This document shows, one piece after another, positions 63,533 to 64,000 of a DNA stretch of 64,000 nt. Origin of the DNA: a virus (taxonomy: Duplodnaviria > Caudoviricetes). The position numbers and the translations under genes were made by a program. The stretch spans positions 1 to 64,000 of the IMG/VR virus record IMGVR_UViG_2974528084_000001; one strand, given 5' to 3'. Each line of letters starts with the position of its first letter. Positions within the stretch are counted from its first letter, which is position 1. Below the pieces are notes generated by a model. It ran no database searches and was not told the DNA's origin. It worked only from the letters and a program-made list of their open reading frames with translations.

Positions 63533-63721
63533 TCAGTTATCCGTAATCATCTTCGCAGTGGCAGCTGCCCTCTCTTCCTTGGTCTGGAGTGCGGCGAGAT
63601 TCCCCATCACACTGGCACCCAGCCTGATCAGATCGTCCGAGCTCAGGTCTTTGCGGCTGCTGAACAGCTCGACCCGGAACTCGTCGTCGCTGTCGTCTTC
63701 CATCTCAAACGTGATTCGCAT
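63533..63721 (-). CDS. hypothetical protein
   Basis: ORF in the operon. Confidence 0.6.
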   Translation of the reverse strand: MRITFEMEDDSDDEFRVELFSSRKDLSSDDLIRLGASVMGNLAALQTKEERAAATAKMITDN

Positions 63722-64000
63722 TCAGTTCTCCTCGATTCGTCTTGTCTGGTTGCGGTACTCAGGTGGTGGTAACAGGCGCTCGTCGTTAGGATCAACACGC
63801 CGAGGCCAGGGCTTGATGCCAGGTCCGGTGATTGGGCCACCGATGGGATAGCTGCCCACCAAGGCTTCTTTCTTCTTGCGCCTGGCAATGATCCGCCTGC
63901 CCCGCTTGTTCCTGCCCTGCTCGGCATTCATTCGCCTGAGCCATTGGCTTTCGGTCTCGTCATACCAGCGACCGATCTCCTTTGGTCCCACCCAGATGGT
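63722..64000 (-). CDS. hypothetical protein, probably 5'-truncated by the window edge
   Basis: Frame is open to the window end upstream of GTG 63991. Confidence 0.55.
   Translation of the reverse strand, partial: TIWVGPKEIGRWYDETESQWLRRMNAEQGRNKRGRRIIARRKKKEALVGSYPIGGPITGPGIKPWPRRVDPNDERLLPPPEYRNQTRRIEEN

Overview
The window is most of a high-GC actinobacteriophage (siphovirus) genome. The gene order recalls, from memory and unverified, GTE7/ReqiDocB7/TIN-like phages of Gordonia, Rhodococcus or Tsukamurella: tRNA-Asn between the major tail and chaperone genes, a ~3300-aa tape measure, split lysin A, displaced lysin B, and a phage beta-clamp and oligoribonuclease. Layout: 1-830 is non-coding with an AT-rich, repeat-bearing origin-like region. 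831-5530 (-) is a primase/helicase module. 5679-43070 (+) covers packaging, Mu-like head, tail and lysis genes. 43067-64000 (-) is the early/replication arm. No integrase, clear repressor cassette, DNA polymerase or CRISPR array is visible. The most notable observation is a complete 4-Cys WhiB domain (44514-44927, -) absent from the ORF track. It has no start codon upstream of the domain and is reached exactly by a -1 slip at C_CCT_TTA in the upstream gene. Two more frame anomalies lie in the same arm (SNF2 helicase, Cys-domain/Orn ORF). Several long inverted repeats overlap sigma-A promoter elements. Protein family calls rest on motif recognition by eye; no database searches were run.
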